Shown: one piece after another, positions 29,082-39,849 of the stretch
How positions within the stretch are numbered: position 1 is the stretch's first letter
Layout of the letters: each line of letters begins with the position of its first letter
Assembly: GCA_963771465.1 (NCBI GenBank)
Contig: CAVYTU010000016.1
Location: 64,001-128,000, forward strand
From: an uncultured delta proteobacterium
GTDB lineage: Bacteria > Desulfobacterota > Binatia > UBA9968
Reading direction: 5' to 3'
DNA: 64,000 nt
Made by a program: the position numbers and the translations under genes
Notes under the pieces: model-generated
What the model was told of the DNA's origin: nothing
What the model saw: the letters and a program-made list of their open reading frames with translations, nothing else
Databases searched by the model: none

Positions 29082-30812
29082 TCACCAATCCCTGAAGCCA
29101 TAGCGGCGCCACAATAACGACAGCACGACGCAGACAACCAGATACAAGAGTCCAATTACCGAGACCGCTTCGACCATGTCGTTATCCCAGTACGTCCAGA
29201 GTAACATCGCCAGCACTTCATTGCCCTTTGTGGTTAAGAACATCGGCACGGTGAGCGAGCGCATAGCATGGATGGCGACCCAGAGCGCGACGGAGGTGAG
29301 CGCGGGTAACACCAGCGGTAAGGTGACGCGCGTGAACGTGGTAAACCAACTGGCGCCGCTGACGTAAGCCGCCTGCTCGAGCTCCTGATGAACTTGGATG
29401 AAGGCGGCGTTCAAAGTCCGCACGCTGAACGGCATGTAGGAAATCGTCAGCCCCAAGATGATCGGCCACAGCGTGCCCCACACCGGCGGAACGTTGACGA
29501 TAATAAAAAACCACAAGAGCGCGACGCCGAGAACGATGCCGGGATAGGCATGGGGCCAAAACGTCAACGTGTCGAGCAGCGCTTTCCATTTTAAGCTCAA
29601 ATTGGAGCGCACAATGAGCCAGGAAGCGACGCTGATCAAGGCCACGGTAATCACCGGAGTCACCAGCATGAGAATCAAAGTGTTCTTCACGCTGTCGAGA
29701 AAATTGGCGTTGCCGAACACTTCGCGGTAGCTGTCCAAATTAACTTTAGACATCATCTCCAACGACGGCGTCTGCCAGGTCGGGAACAGACTCGACCAAA
29801 CCAAAATGAAAAACGGCAAGCCGAGGGTGACCACGAGATAGATCGTGAGCATACCCGAGGCGAGGTATTTCCAGCGGCCGATGGTGATCAACTTGGGCCG
29901 GTAACCCTTACCGGAGATGGTGGCGTAGCGAAAGCCATGGCGAGTCGCTCTCTGATAGAGATAAACCAGGCCGATCAGCATGACGAGAAAAATCACCGAA
30001 TAGGCGCTGGCAACGGTGTGATTGCCCCACACACGCAGCGAGAGATACACCTGGGAAGAGAGCACATGAAAGCCGATCGGCACGCCGATCAACGCCGGGA
30101 TTTCAAAAGTCTCGGCGATGTTCATGCCGGTATAGATAGCTGCCGACAAGATCGCCGGCAGCATCATCGGCAACGTGACGCGCCGGATCGTGGTGAGCCA
30201 GCTCACTCCCGAAACCGAGGCCGCCTCTTCCAACGCCGGGTCCATGCTTCGCAGCGCCGACAGCACGATTAAAAAAGACGACGGCACGCTGCTCAAGGAT
30301 TGCAAGATAAACATTGCTGGAAGGGAGAAGATGTTGAACGGTTTAACGCCGAACAAATCTTGGCTCAGTCGATTCAATAAGCCTGCTTCCGGTCCTGCCA
30401 GAATGATGTAAGAAATCCCCATCAGTAACGACGGCACCGCGGAGGGCAACAAGATCAGCACGAAGAGCGTGCCTTTGGCCGGCATGTCGGTGCGTTCGAT
30501 CAGCCAGGCGAAACCGACGGCGAGTAGCAGTGCGATGGTCGTGCAGACGGTGACAAAGATCGCCGTGTTGAGAAACAACGTAAGCGTCGCCGGATTGCTA
30601 TAGACAAAGGTGTAGTTTCGTAAGGTGAAGAGACCGGGATTCGCCGGCGTTGGCAACGCGGTGCGAAAGCTGCTCCAGATCAGAAAAACTATCGGCGCTA
30701 GAACCAGATAGGCGATCACCGCCACAGTGCCGACCAAAATGGCGTTGGTTATGGTGAAACGCGGCAGGAATCTACTATGGTACGCGCCGCTTTCCGCTGC
30801 GACCACCTGCAT
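29082..30812 (-). CDS. FbpB-type ABC permease (duplicated TM domain)
   Basis: Two EAA motifs (LEEAASVSG, LEQAAYVSG). Confidence 0.9.
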   Translation of the reverse strand: MQVVAAESGAYHSRFLPRFTITNAILVGTVAVIAYLVLAPIVFLIWSSFRTALPTPANPGLFTLRNYTFVYSNPATLTLFLNTAIFVTVCTTIALLLAVGFAWLIERTDMPAKGTLFVLILLPSAVPSLLMGISYIILAGPEAGLLNRLSQDLFGVKPFNIFSLPAMFILQSLSSVPSSFLIVLSALRSMDPALEEAASVSGVSWLTTIRRVTLPMMLPAILSAAIYTGMNIAETFEIPALIGVPIGFHVLSSQVYLSLRVWGNHTVASAYSVIFLVMLIGLVYLYQRATRHGFRYATISGKGYRPKLITIGRWKYLASGMLTIYLVVTLGLPFFILVWSSLFPTWQTPSLEMMSKVNLDSYREVFGNANFLDSVKNTLILMLVTPVITVALISVASWLIVRSNLSLKWKALLDTLTFWPHAYPGIVLGVALLWFFIIVNVPPVWGTLWPIILGLTISYMPFSVRTLNAAFIQVHQELEQAAYVSGASWFTTFTRVTLPLVLPALTSVALWVAIHAMRSLTVPMFLTTKGNEVLAMLLWTYWDNDMVEAVSVIGLLYLVVCVVLSLLWRRYGFRDW

Positions 30813-30815
30813 GGA

Positions 30816-31886
30816 CTATCTTTCCGGCACGGGAACGCCGAACAGTTGCAAGATCTGTGCGCCGCTTTCGCGCGCCTTGGCTTCGCGCTCTTCATCGGGA
30901 TATTCATGGAGCTTGGCGCCATGCTGCTTGAACCAGCGGCCGACGACGTTCGTGTCGTCGTAGGGATTGCCCCGGCCACGGTGTTCGTAAAGCGCGGCTT
31001 GGCCGCCGTCCGTGGTGAGCCAATGGAGAAACAGTTTCGCCGCATTAGGATGAGGCGCGTCTTTGAGCAGCGCCACCGGTTTACCGGATTCCACACCGGC
31101 GACGTCCGGTGCGACGGCGATGTTTTTTACTCCCTTGGGCTGGTAGCGGGCGAAATACTGGTGAGTGTTCGAGACCGGATTTACCCAAACCTCGCCGCGC
31201 ACCAGCATCTCCCAGCCGTCACCCGAGCCGTTATACAAGCGCGGCTGCTGCGGCACGATAACCGTCTTGACGTAGCGCATGATTTCTTCTTCGCTCCACT
31301 TCGGGTACATCGCATCCCAGAAATAGTATTGACGAATGTTGACGCCGAGCTTGCCGCGCAGCCGCGGGTCCTTCAGCTTGGCGTAGGTCAGCGGTTGCAA
31401 ATCCTTGGGCACCAAGTCTGAACGATAGACCAGCGCATAGGTGCCGCCGGGCTCAAGCGCCGAGGTCAAAGACGAGTGAACCGTCTTCTTTTTGGTCTTG
31501 GGAAATACCTCGAACCAGTCCTTCCACGGCTGAACCATGCCGGCTTTTTCCAGGTCGATGATCGAAGTGTTGATCAGGTCGGTGGTGCGCCGGCCGGAGG
31601 CGAACTCGGCTCTGAGCCTTTCAAAACCGACGGCGCCCGCCATCATCGTCTGTTCCACCTTGATGAACGGGTAGAGTTCTTTGAATGCGCCGAAGATCGC
31701 TTTGGCTTCAGTCGGCCTCCAGGTCGCGATGATTTCAAAGGTCGCATCTTTTTTCGCCGCCTCGATCAGCGCTTGCTGTTTCGCCGAAAGCGGTGCTTGC
31801 GCAGCGTCGACGGTTGCGGATGGAACCTGGGCGAATGAAAAACTAACAGCGAGCAGGGTCGAAACAACGACTGTTCTTACTTTCAT
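30816..31886 (-). CDS. FbpA/AfuA-like solute-binding protein
   Basis: Signal peptide; APHPNAAKLFLHWL..GQ. Confidence 0.85.
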   Translation of the reverse strand: MKVRTVVVSTLLAVSFSFAQVPSATVDAAQAPLSAKQQALIEAAKKDATFEIIATWRPTEAKAIFGAFKELYPFIKVEQTMMAGAVGFERLRAEFASGRRTTDLINTSIIDLEKAGMVQPWKDWFEVFPKTKKKTVHSSLTSALEPGGTYALVYRSDLVPKDLQPLTYAKLKDPRLRGKLGVNIRQYYFWDAMYPKWSEEEIMRYVKTVIVPQQPRLYNGSGDGWEMLVRGEVWVNPVSNTHQYFARYQPKGVKNIAVAPDVAGVESGKPVALLKDAPHPNAAKLFLHWLTTDGGQAALYEHRGRGNPYDDTNVVGRWFKQHGAKLHEYPDEEREAKARESGAQILQLFGVPVPER

Positions 31887-31940
31887 CGCGTACCTCCTCA
31901 ATGAATTCTGCGACTATTTCAGCGAACGATCTCTTTCTGG

Positions 31941-32477
31941 TTAGCTTGAGCCGTAGGTGCGCTCGTCAATCTTCTGACCATTATGTATCAGTGTCAGTTC
32001 AATGCGCGCGCCACGCGAGAAGGTGACAAAGGCGTTGCAGCTCTCGCTGGCGCGAGCGACGACTTTTTTCACTTCTTCCGACGGGCTTGGACTGTCGATG
32101 TTGACCAAGAACGTGGCGCGGTCAAAGCCGCCTTTGCGCGGCGAGTCGGGCCGTGCCACATAGCCTGAAATCTCGCATTCGAGATTGTCCAGTTTGACGT
32201 CGGCGAGGGCGGCGCTTTTGACGCACCACACTTGGTGACACATCATGATTCCAGCCAAGAAGTATCGTAACGGCGCGGGTCCGGCATCGGTACCACCGGA
32301 AGACTCCCGCTCGTCGGAGATAAAAACATGGCCTTCGACGCTAGCGCGAAACTGCAAATCGTGCAGCGCTTTGGATTTCACCGTCGTCACCGGTCTCTCG
32401 GGTCCCGGTGTTCTTTGGCCGCGCTCTTCGAGCTGGCGCTGGACCAGCTGCTTCATATGGGGATCGATCCACAACAT
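31941..32477 (-). CDS. OsmC family protein
   Basis: SDE..GGTDAGPAPLRYFLAGIMMC, second Cys in ESCNA. Confidence 0.8.
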   Translation of the reverse strand: MLWIDPHMKQLVQRQLEERGQRTPGPERPVTTVKSKALHDLQFRASVEGHVFISDERESSGGTDAGPAPLRYFLAGIMMCHQVWCVKSAALADVKLDNLECEISGYVARPDSPRKGGFDRATFLVNIDSPSPSEEVKKVVARASESCNAFVTFSRGARIELTLIHNGQKIDERTYGSS

Positions 32478-32518
32478 TGATTGTCCTCCTAATTGTCCAT
32501 ACTCGATGCGACGGGCGA

Positions 32519-33583
32519 TTAAACTTTGATTTCGCCGTTCTCGCAGACAACGATGTTGTCATCGACGATGACGGTGACCCTGGCTATGATTCCTTCCAAT
32601 CTTAACGTGCTAAAAACGCGCTTGCTGGGGTCGTCGGTAAACGTGTAGCGATCCGGTCCGGTGCCGATACCGAAGTGCATCGAGCCGTAACGTTTCTTGT
32701 CGCTGCGCATGATGCCGGCGCGCGGCGGGCACTTCTTGTTGGTGCCCAGTCCCATCTCGCCGCCGACGGAGTAAGAATCCTCATCGCCGTTCTTTTCCAA
32801 ATACGCTTTGATCTGCGCCGCTTCGAGCCCACCGGTGATGTCGACGACACGGCCATTTTTAATCGTGAGTTTCACCGGATCTTTCCAAATCCCGGCGGGA
32901 TAATGCGCCGTGGTATCCCAAACCACCGTGCCATTCGCCGTACCTGGAAGCGGCTCGATGTGGATCTCGCCGAAGGGCCAGGTGCCGCCGCCGAGATGGT
33001 CACCCTCGCGTTGAAAAGGAATCTTGGCGGCGCGGTTGAAATGAAAATCTTTGGGATAGCCGGAAATGTCGGCGGTAAAATCGGTGCCATATTCCGACTG
33101 CAGGCGGATTTTCTTACCGCGGTCATAGATCGCGCCGATGCGTTTGTGCAGCTCGACCATTTCTTTAATATCGTCCCAATTCGCCGTGCCGCCGCCTTCG
33201 CTAAGAATTTCCACGGTATTTTCTTCCATCAGCCAGATGGGAATTCGGCCCGCTTTGCGAATCGAGCGCAGGCCGGGCGTGCCGCTATTCATGCACGTCG
33301 TGGTCAGCGCCGCGACCGCGTTGCAGGCTTTGGCTGCCTCAATCGCCGCGGGATGCGGATCGCAGCAATGGTACGGCAACTTGGGAAACATACACAATGC
33401 TGGCGAGCCGCCTTTCGAGTTCACCACCGCCATGAACGTCTGCCATACCAGCGGATCCATGGCATCGTCCGTCATGACAAGAACTTTGTCGCCCTCTTGA
33501 ATCTGCTGCAGCGGCGTCTGCAGATGCTTCATCAAGCCGATGATTTTTGTCGGCGGTATGCCGTATCTTTCAGTCATTACCAT
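32519..33583 (-). CDS. M29 aminopeptidase-fold protein (leucyl aminopeptidase/NicX-like)
   Basis: GTDF, PFGEIHIEP..GTANGTVVWD, GEMGLGTN, MHFGIG. Confidence 0.7.
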   Translation of the reverse strand: MVMTERYGIPPTKIIGLMKHLQTPLQQIQEGDKVLVMTDDAMDPLVWQTFMAVVNSKGGSPALCMFPKLPYHCCDPHPAAIEAAKACNAVAALTTTCMNSGTPGLRSIRKAGRIPIWLMEENTVEILSEGGGTANWDDIKEMVELHKRIGAIYDRGKKIRLQSEYGTDFTADISGYPKDFHFNRAAKIPFQREGDHLGGGTWPFGEIHIEPLPGTANGTVVWDTTAHYPAGIWKDPVKLTIKNGRVVDITGGLEAAQIKAYLEKNGDEDSYSVGGEMGLGTNKKCPPRAGIMRSDKKRYGSMHFGIGTGPDRYTFTDDPSKRVFSTLRLEGIIARVTVIVDDNIVVCENGEIKV

Positions 33584-33613
33584 TTGAGACCTCCTAGGTT
33601 GATTCGAAAATTT

Positions 33614-34642
33614 TCATGTTGAAGAATTTTTTTTCACGTAGCGATATTTCATCGCATCCCATTTTTGCGCGGTCAATTCATCGTAGGCGCGTTTGACAAA
33701 AGAGAAGTCGTAAACCTGATCGAGCGTTACCTCTTTGGTTTTGGCAGGCGCGCCCGACATCTTCATTTGTTCTTTAACCCTGTCGATATTGGTTTGCATC
33801 GCTTCGTCCGTGGCCCGGCCAATCTGAGCGATCTCAGAGGCGCGCCGGGCGCGCTCCTCCCAGATATCTTTGACTTCCGCTTCATCGGAGATCGCCAGGG
33901 CTTCCATTAAGAATTTGATGGTTTCCGGATTGCGATACCAGAACAGTTGTCCTTTCAGGGTTGCGCGCACCACCCGGAAAACTTCGTCCGGCGAGTCTTT
34001 AATTTTCGCATCGGTCGTGCATAGGCTGGCGCTCAGCGATGAGATGTGATCGCCGCTGTAGGCCAACATGTGATAGCCTTTGGCTTGAGCGCGCTTGACC
34101 TGCTCGTAGGACAACATGGTCGCGTCGACGGAGTCGGTCAGCAATGAATTCAAGCGCAAATTGGGCTCGCCGAAAACTCTCAATTTGACTTCGGCGATGG
34201 GCACGCCGGTTCTGGCGAGCAGATCTTTCATGATCAAAAACGCGTTGCCGGAAAAATCCGAGATCGCCACGGTTTTGCCGACAAGTTGTTTAAGGTTGGT
34301 AATCTTGGGCGAACTGACCAAGTACTGCGCCGGCTTGTCGGCATTGTTGAGAATGATTTTCAGTCGCGCGCCACTGAAAACCGCCGGCAGAACCGCTGCG
34401 TTGGTGTAGCCAACACTGCCGCCGATCAGCGCTTGGGTCGCGATCGTGCCGCGGGTGACAACGACTTCGCTCTGCAATCCTTCCTCTCTGTAGAAACCCA
34501 ACCGCTGAGAAATCACGAAGGGCAGCATCGCCTCGCCGCCGCCCTTAGCCGAGAAGATTACTTTCTTCAAGGACTGCGCCTGCGAGCTGGTGTTAAAAGT
34601 GAAAACTACAATCATTGCGATAAAAGCGATTTTAATTTTCAT
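33614..34642 (-). CDS. NMT1/SsuA-type solute-binding protein
   Basis: Signal peptide; GFYREEGL, LVGKTVAIS. Confidence 0.8.
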   Translation of the reverse strand: MKIKIAFIAMIVVFTFNTSSQAQSLKKVIFSAKGGGEAMLPFVISQRLGFYREEGLQSEVVVTRGTIATQALIGGSVGYTNAAVLPAVFSGARLKIILNNADKPAQYLVSSPKITNLKQLVGKTVAISDFSGNAFLIMKDLLARTGVPIAEVKLRVFGEPNLRLNSLLTDSVDATMLSYEQVKRAQAKGYHMLAYSGDHISSLSASLCTTDAKIKDSPDEVFRVVRATLKGQLFWYRNPETIKFLMEALAISDEAEVKDIWEERARRASEIAQIGRATDEAMQTNIDRVKEQMKMSGAPAKTKEVTLDQVYDFSFVKRAYDELTAQKWDAMKYRYVKKNSST

Positions 34643-34865
34643 CAGCCGCTCCGATTGCGGATTCGACCGAAAAACCTGCGCGAGCTTTTTGCCGTTCACT
34701 TTAACCACACTGTTGCTTTATTGAATCTCGCGCGCTGTGTCAAAGGCAAAATCTCTCACGCTTTCGGTTGACAGCACATCGCGCAAATCGATATTGCTAG
34801 TTTAGAGCCCGAGAGAATTAAATTTTTTCATAATCTCGCTACCATCGTGCGGGGAGGACCTAGTC

Positions 34866-35597
34866 ATGGCCGTTTGGGAACGCGGTGAACTGTCGATCTA
34901 CTACGAAACTTACGGTTCGGGATTTCCGCTTTTACTGATCGCGCCGGGAGGCATGAACTCGGTGATCGGCTTCTGGAACCGCGCGGCATTCAATCCGATC
35001 GAAATATTCTCGCGGCACTACTGGGTGATCGCCATGGAGCAGCGTAATGCCGGCCGTTCCAAGGGGCCGCTCGAACCGGACGATCCCTGGGGCAGTTACG
35101 CCGAGGATCAGATTGGGCTGATGAGCCACTTGGGTATCGACCGCTTTCACGTGCTCGGTTGTTGTATCGGCTGTTCCTACGCGCTGAGACTCATTCAGCG
35201 CGCGCCGCAACGTGTCGCCGCTGCCGTGATCGAGCAGCCGATCGGAATTTCCGACGAGAATCGCAGTGTGCTGGCGCAGAATCTTTACGGCCGCTGGGCC
35301 GAGGAACTGCCCAAGAAGCGCCCCGAGCTGCAAGCCGATGCGGTGCAAGCCTTTGGCAAAAAAATGTTCACCGGCGACTTTGTTTTCAGTGTGACCAGAG
35401 AATTTGTCAAAAGTTGCGCGACGCCGATGATCGTCATGCCGGGCAACAATCTGGATCATCCGCGCGTGATCGGCAACGAGATCGCGGCGCTGGCGCCGAA
35501 TTCGGAAACCATTCCCGAGTGGCGCCAGCCGCCCGAGTTGGTGCCCCCGGCGGTGGCGCGCATCAGAAAGTTTCTCGCTGCGCATACGCCGGAGTGA
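34866..35597 (+). CDS. Alpha/beta hydrolase with Cys at the nucleophile elbow
   Basis: PLLLIAPGG, EQRNAGRS, HVLGCCIG, PGNNLDHP. Confidence 0.8.
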   Translation: MAVWERGELSIYYETYGSGFPLLLIAPGGMNSVIGFWNRAAFNPIEIFSRHYWVIAMEQRNAGRSKGPLEPDDPWGSYAEDQIGLMSHLGIDRFHVLGCCIGCSYALRLIQRAPQRVAAAVIEQPIGISDENRSVLAQNLYGRWAEELPKKRPELQADAVQAFGKKMFTGDFVFSVTREFVKSCATPMIVMPGNNLDHPRVIGNEIAALAPNSETIPEWRQPPELVPPAVARIRKFLAAHTPE

Positions 35598-35670
35598 GGC
35601 AGGGGGAATTGGATGGAGTGATTGATTTCGCATGTGTCACGCATAAGTTCATTTAGCGAGGTGATTCTGC

Positions 35671-36822
35671 ATGAAGAACGGTTTCAAAGTTTTTGACACT
35701 GACACCCATGTTCGTCCCATGTTGGAGACGCTTGAGCCCTATTACGACGCTAACGTGCGCGCGCGCATGGCTGAGCTGGAAAAGTTCAAACGGGAAAACC
35801 GGCGCGACGTCGAAGGCATGGTGGTCGGGCGTCACTCCTACGCGCTGGGCGAGCGCATCGCTTATTCGAGAATTCTCGGCAAGGCTGACCCGGAACCCGG
35901 CCATTTCGCGCCAAGGTCGAAATTCATGGGCACCCGCCACGCCACGCGCGGCGCCATCGACGACGACGCGCGCGCCCGGCTGCGCGACATGGATGAAGAA
36001 GGCGTCGACGTGCAATTCCTCATCGGCGGCGCATCCAACACCGATTCGCTCAATGACCATGAGCTCGACGTCGGTTTTGTGCGCGCCTACAATCGTTATC
36101 TGCACGATTTTTGCGGCGCCGATCCGCATCGTCTCAAGGCAGCCCCGACGGTGCTGCTTAACGCCGTGGATGAATGCGTCGAAGAGATCAAACGCTGGGG
36201 TAAGGAGCCATGGATGGTCGGTATCCTGCCGCAGTCGCGCAACGACATGCCGCTCGATCATCCTGACATGGAGCCGGTCTGGAAAGCTTGCGCCGACATG
36301 AACATCGCCGTCGTTTATCATAGCCACTACGCTGGACCGCCGTACTTTCCCGGCTGCCGCGACTTGTGGGCGAACGCTTTCCTCGGCCGCTCGGCGGCCC
36401 ACCCATGGGGCGCGATGCGCGCCATCGGCTCGTTCATCGGCGCCGGCATCATGGAACGCTATAAGTCGCTGCGCTTCGGCATTCTCGAAAGCGGCTGCGG
36501 CTGGCTGCCTTACTGGAGCCGGCGGCTCGATGACCAGGCCGAGTACGTGCTCGGCAGCGTCCCCGAGATGGAGCACAAGATCAGCGAGTACCTGACCGGC
36601 GGCAGATTTTTCTCCAGCATCGAAATGTCGGAAGGGCAGGACATGATCGAAATGGTGATCCAATTTCTCGGCGAAGATGTTTTAATGTACGCCTCCGATT
36701 ACCCGCATTTCGAATGCCGGTTCCCCAATTCGGTGGATTATTTCTTCGATTGGCAACTGGGCGACCCACTGCGGCGCAAAATGCTGTGGGAAAATCCGGT
36801 GCGGTTTTACGGCGAGCCGTAG
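35671..36822 (+). CDS. Amidohydrolase_2 family protein
   Basis: DTDTH, MDEEGVD, LESGCGW, YASDYPH. Confidence 0.9.
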   Translation: MKNGFKVFDTDTHVRPMLETLEPYYDANVRARMAELEKFKRENRRDVEGMVVGRHSYALGERIAYSRILGKADPEPGHFAPRSKFMGTRHATRGAIDDDARARLRDMDEEGVDVQFLIGGASNTDSLNDHELDVGFVRAYNRYLHDFCGADPHRLKAAPTVLLNAVDECVEEIKRWGKEPWMVGILPQSRNDMPLDHPDMEPVWKACADMNIAVVYHSHYAGPPYFPGCRDLWANAFLGRSAAHPWGAMRAIGSFIGAGIMERYKSLRFGILESGCGWLPYWSRRLDDQAEYVLGSVPEMEHKISEYLTGGRFFSSIEMSEGQDMIEMVIQFLGEDVLMYASDYPHFECRFPNSVDYFFDWQLGDPLRRKMLWENPVRFYGEP

Positions 36823-36920
36823 GAGAGGATTTACCGTGCCCGCCCTAGGACGGAAGACCGGATCAAATGGCCGCAAAGAACGCAAAGGGCGCAAAAATTA
36901 AATAGCTTCGGAGAACCATC

Positions 36921-38261
36921 ATGGGAAAAACTGAAACGACACTGGCGCAATTCGCGCTAAACTATCCGACCCAAGATATTCCGGCGGATGTCATGCATTT
37001 GGCTAAACGCTGCGTGATGAATTCCTGTGGCGTGGCGCTGTTCGCGACGCTCGATCCGGCGATCAATATACTGCTCGACTTTTTGCGCGTTGAGGGCTGC
37101 GCGCCGCAGGCGACGGTGATCGGCAGTGGACTTCGCACCTCGCCACAGAACGCGGCGTTGGCGAACGGCTTCCTGGGCCATTTCGAAGACTACGACGACA
37201 CCCATACGACCGTGATTCATCCGACCGCGCCGATCATGCCCGCAGTGTTAGCGTTGAGCGAGCAGCATAGGGTGAGTGGCAAGGACTTTCTCGGCGCGTT
37301 CGCGATCGGTGTCGATGTCGCCTGTCGCATCGGTTTGGTGATTTACAAAAAATTCCGCGACGGCGCGGCGCATTGGCACATCACGAATACCTGCGGCGTG
37401 CTTGGCGCTGCGGCGGCAGCGGGCCGCTTGCTCAAGCTCAGCGAGCAACAAATGGTTTATGCCTTTGCCATTGCCGGTACGCAGGCCAGCGGCGTGCGCG
37501 AAGTGTTCGGTTCCATGTGCAAGCCGTTTCACGCCGGTAAAGCAGCGCAAAACGGTTTGGTTGCGGCCCTGCTGGCGCAGCGCGGTTTCACCGGCACCGA
37601 CGGCATCTTCGAAGGGGAGCGCGGTTTGGTCGGCATTATGGCCAAGGGTCACGATATCAATGAAGCGACTCAAGATCTCGGTGGACGTTGGGAGCTGCGC
37701 CAAAATGGACTCAAACCTTACGCCTGCGGCCAGGCGAACCACGGCTTGCTCGATGCCGTGCTTGCTCTCAGAAAAAAGCCGGGCGTGTCGCCGGACACGA
37801 TCAAACATATGCAAGGCAGCGTGCAGGAATTCGCGCCGGCGCTGGTCCGACGGCGCCATCCGCGCAGCGGCCTCGAGTCGAAGTTTTGTTATTATCATTC
37901 CATGGCCGCGGCGATGATCGACGGCCAGGCGCTGGCGGCGCAGTTCACCGACGCGCGCGCCGCCGATGCTGCGGTTGTGGCATTGCGCGATCGCATCGAT
38001 TTTCACGAAGATCCGTCGCTGTCGCGCCGCGCCGCGATGGTCACACTGGAATTGAATGACGGCACGACCTACACGGAGAGAATCGAGCATCCGACCGGCA
38101 CGCCCGGCAACCCGATGAGCGATGGCATGGTGCAGGAAAAGTTTAGCGGTCTGGCGACAACCGCGGTTGGCGCTGAGCAAGCCGCAAAGGCGCGCCACGC
38201 GCTGTGGAATATCGATCAGCTTTCAGACATGCGCGAGCTGGTGCCGGTTTTGACCAAGTGA
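36921..38261 (+). CDS. MmgE/PrpD family protein
   Basis: DYDDTH..HP, KPFHAG, KPYACG, GTPGNPMS. Confidence 0.9.
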   Translation: MGKTETTLAQFALNYPTQDIPADVMHLAKRCVMNSCGVALFATLDPAINILLDFLRVEGCAPQATVIGSGLRTSPQNAALANGFLGHFEDYDDTHTTVIHPTAPIMPAVLALSEQHRVSGKDFLGAFAIGVDVACRIGLVIYKKFRDGAAHWHITNTCGVLGAAAAAGRLLKLSEQQMVYAFAIAGTQASGVREVFGSMCKPFHAGKAAQNGLVAALLAQRGFTGTDGIFEGERGLVGIMAKGHDINEATQDLGGRWELRQNGLKPYACGQANHGLLDAVLALRKKPGVSPDTIKHMQGSVQEFAPALVRRRHPRSGLESKFCYYHSMAAAMIDGQALAAQFTDARAADAAVVALRDRIDFHEDPSLSRRAAMVTLELNDGTTYTERIEHPTGTPGNPMSDGMVQEKFSGLATTAVGAEQAAKARHALWNIDQLSDMRELVPVLTK

Positions 38262-38348
38262 GTCTGGACGCATCTCCATATTGCAGCGGGCAATCAATTG
38301 CTTTACCGTTTGCGAAAGTCTTAATCATAAAGGAATTGCCGCTGCATC

Positions 38349-38687
38349 ATGAAATGTCCAAAGTGCCAAAGCGAAACTCTGGTCGGTCATATAATCGAAG
38401 ACGTGGGAGTCGATCGTTGCTCCGCCTGCGACGGAGTTTGGTTCGACGCACAGGAGCTAAGCCAGCTGCTGGCCGAAGACGCCAAGCAAGTTGCGTCGTT
38501 GCGCCGCGGCAGCGTGCGTGAAGAGCTGGCCGGAAAAAAAGGCAATTGCCCACGCGACGACGGTGAGTTGCTGCGGGTCTACAGCGCGATTGAGAAAACC
38601 GTGATTATCGACGCCTGCCCGGATTGCCGCGGCATCTGGCTCGACGGCGGCGAGTTTGCAAAGCTGTTCGCGGCGCGGCGACTGTAA
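38349..38687 (+). CDS. Double zf-TFIIB-like zinc-ribbon protein
   Basis: CPKC..CSACDGVWFD and CPRD..CPDCRGIWLDGGE. Confidence 0.85.
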   Translation: MKCPKCQSETLVGHIIEDVGVDRCSACDGVWFDAQELSQLLAEDAKQVASLRRGSVREELAGKKGNCPRDDGELLRVYSAIEKTVIIDACPDCRGIWLDGGEFAKLFAARRL

Positions 38688-38853
38688 AGAGATAACGCCG
38701 ATTTGAACTTCGCAGTATCCTACCGACGCTAATTTTCACAGAATCATTTTGGTCGTTGCGATACCCGCTTGCCATTGTTAGCGAACCAGCGGCCATGTTA
38801 GAAGGTCGAGCTGCAGCCAATAGATCTCCGAGCATAACGACTCTGAGAATGAG

Positions 38854-39849
38854 ATGAGCCTCAAAACATCCGCTTTCGTTAGATCGCTCGCCAGGGCGTC
38901 GCTGCTTTCCCTGTTCATTTTCCTGTCGCTTGCGCGGTCAACAACGATGGCGGCCCAGGCGGCTCGCGAGTTGAAGGAAATCAAAGTCGCTTACCCGCCG
39001 TCGATGGCGTCGGTGACTTTGATGACCGGCATCAAACAGAAATTTTTTGATGAGCAAGGGTTGCGGCCGATTCTGTTAGTCATCACCAGCGATCTCGCTC
39101 TGAAGAGCCAGGTGGTCGGCGAGATCGATTATACGCTTTTCGGCGGCGGCTCCGGCATGCTTGCGGCGGCGCAGGGCTTGCCGATTAAGAACGTCCACCT
39201 GCCGCACAAGTTTGCCGACCTGACCTTGGTGGCGCGACCCGAGTTCAAGACCGTCGCGCAGCTGCGCGGCAAGAAGATCGGCGTTAGCAGTTTTTCCGGC
39301 AGCGTGTATTCTTCGACGCGCGCCATGTTGTCGGCGGGCGGCCTCGATCCCGACAAGGATGTCGTGATCATCCCGATGGGGCGGGAGCCGATCCGGCTGC
39401 AAGCGCTGTTTTCCGGCAGCATCGATGCCACGCCGCTGCCCGTGCCGTTGCACGCCGTGGCAGAAGAAAAAGGTTTTAGCTTGCTCGCCGACATCGAAGG
39501 AAAATTCGAAGTGCCGTTCAGCGGCGTCACGGTGACCGATAGGAAGCTGAAAGAAAATCCCGACGAGGTGAAGCGCGTGATCCGAGCGATGGTCAAAGCC
39601 GGTTTGTTTTTCCTGAACCACCGTGCCGAATCGGTGGCGTTGTACATGGACTGGTTGAAACTTTCAAAAAACATCGCCGAGAAGGCTTATGCGCGCTCGA
39701 TAAAGACCGTCAGCCCAGACGGATTGGGCAAGGATAGCGCGATCAAGAATCAGCTCGGGCTGATCAAGCAGACCACCGGCAAGGACGTAAAGCCGGAGGA
39801 CGTGATCGACTTTACCCTGCTGCGACAGGTGTTGGCCGAGTTGAAATGA
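38854..39849 (+). CDS. NMT1/SsuA-type solute-binding protein
   Basis: Signal peptide; LRGKKIGVSS, RLQALFSGSIDA. Confidence 0.85.
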   Translation: MSLKTSAFVRSLARASLLSLFIFLSLARSTTMAAQAARELKEIKVAYPPSMASVTLMTGIKQKFFDEQGLRPILLVITSDLALKSQVVGEIDYTLFGGGSGMLAAAQGLPIKNVHLPHKFADLTLVARPEFKTVAQLRGKKIGVSSFSGSVYSSTRAMLSAGGLDPDKDVVIIPMGREPIRLQALFSGSIDATPLPVPLHAVAEEKGFSLLADIEGKFEVPFSGVTVTDRKLKENPDEVKRVIRAMVKAGLFFLNHRAESVALYMDWLKLSKNIAEKAYARSIKTVSPDGLGKDSAIKNQLGLIKQTTGKDVKPEDVIDFTLLRQVLAELK

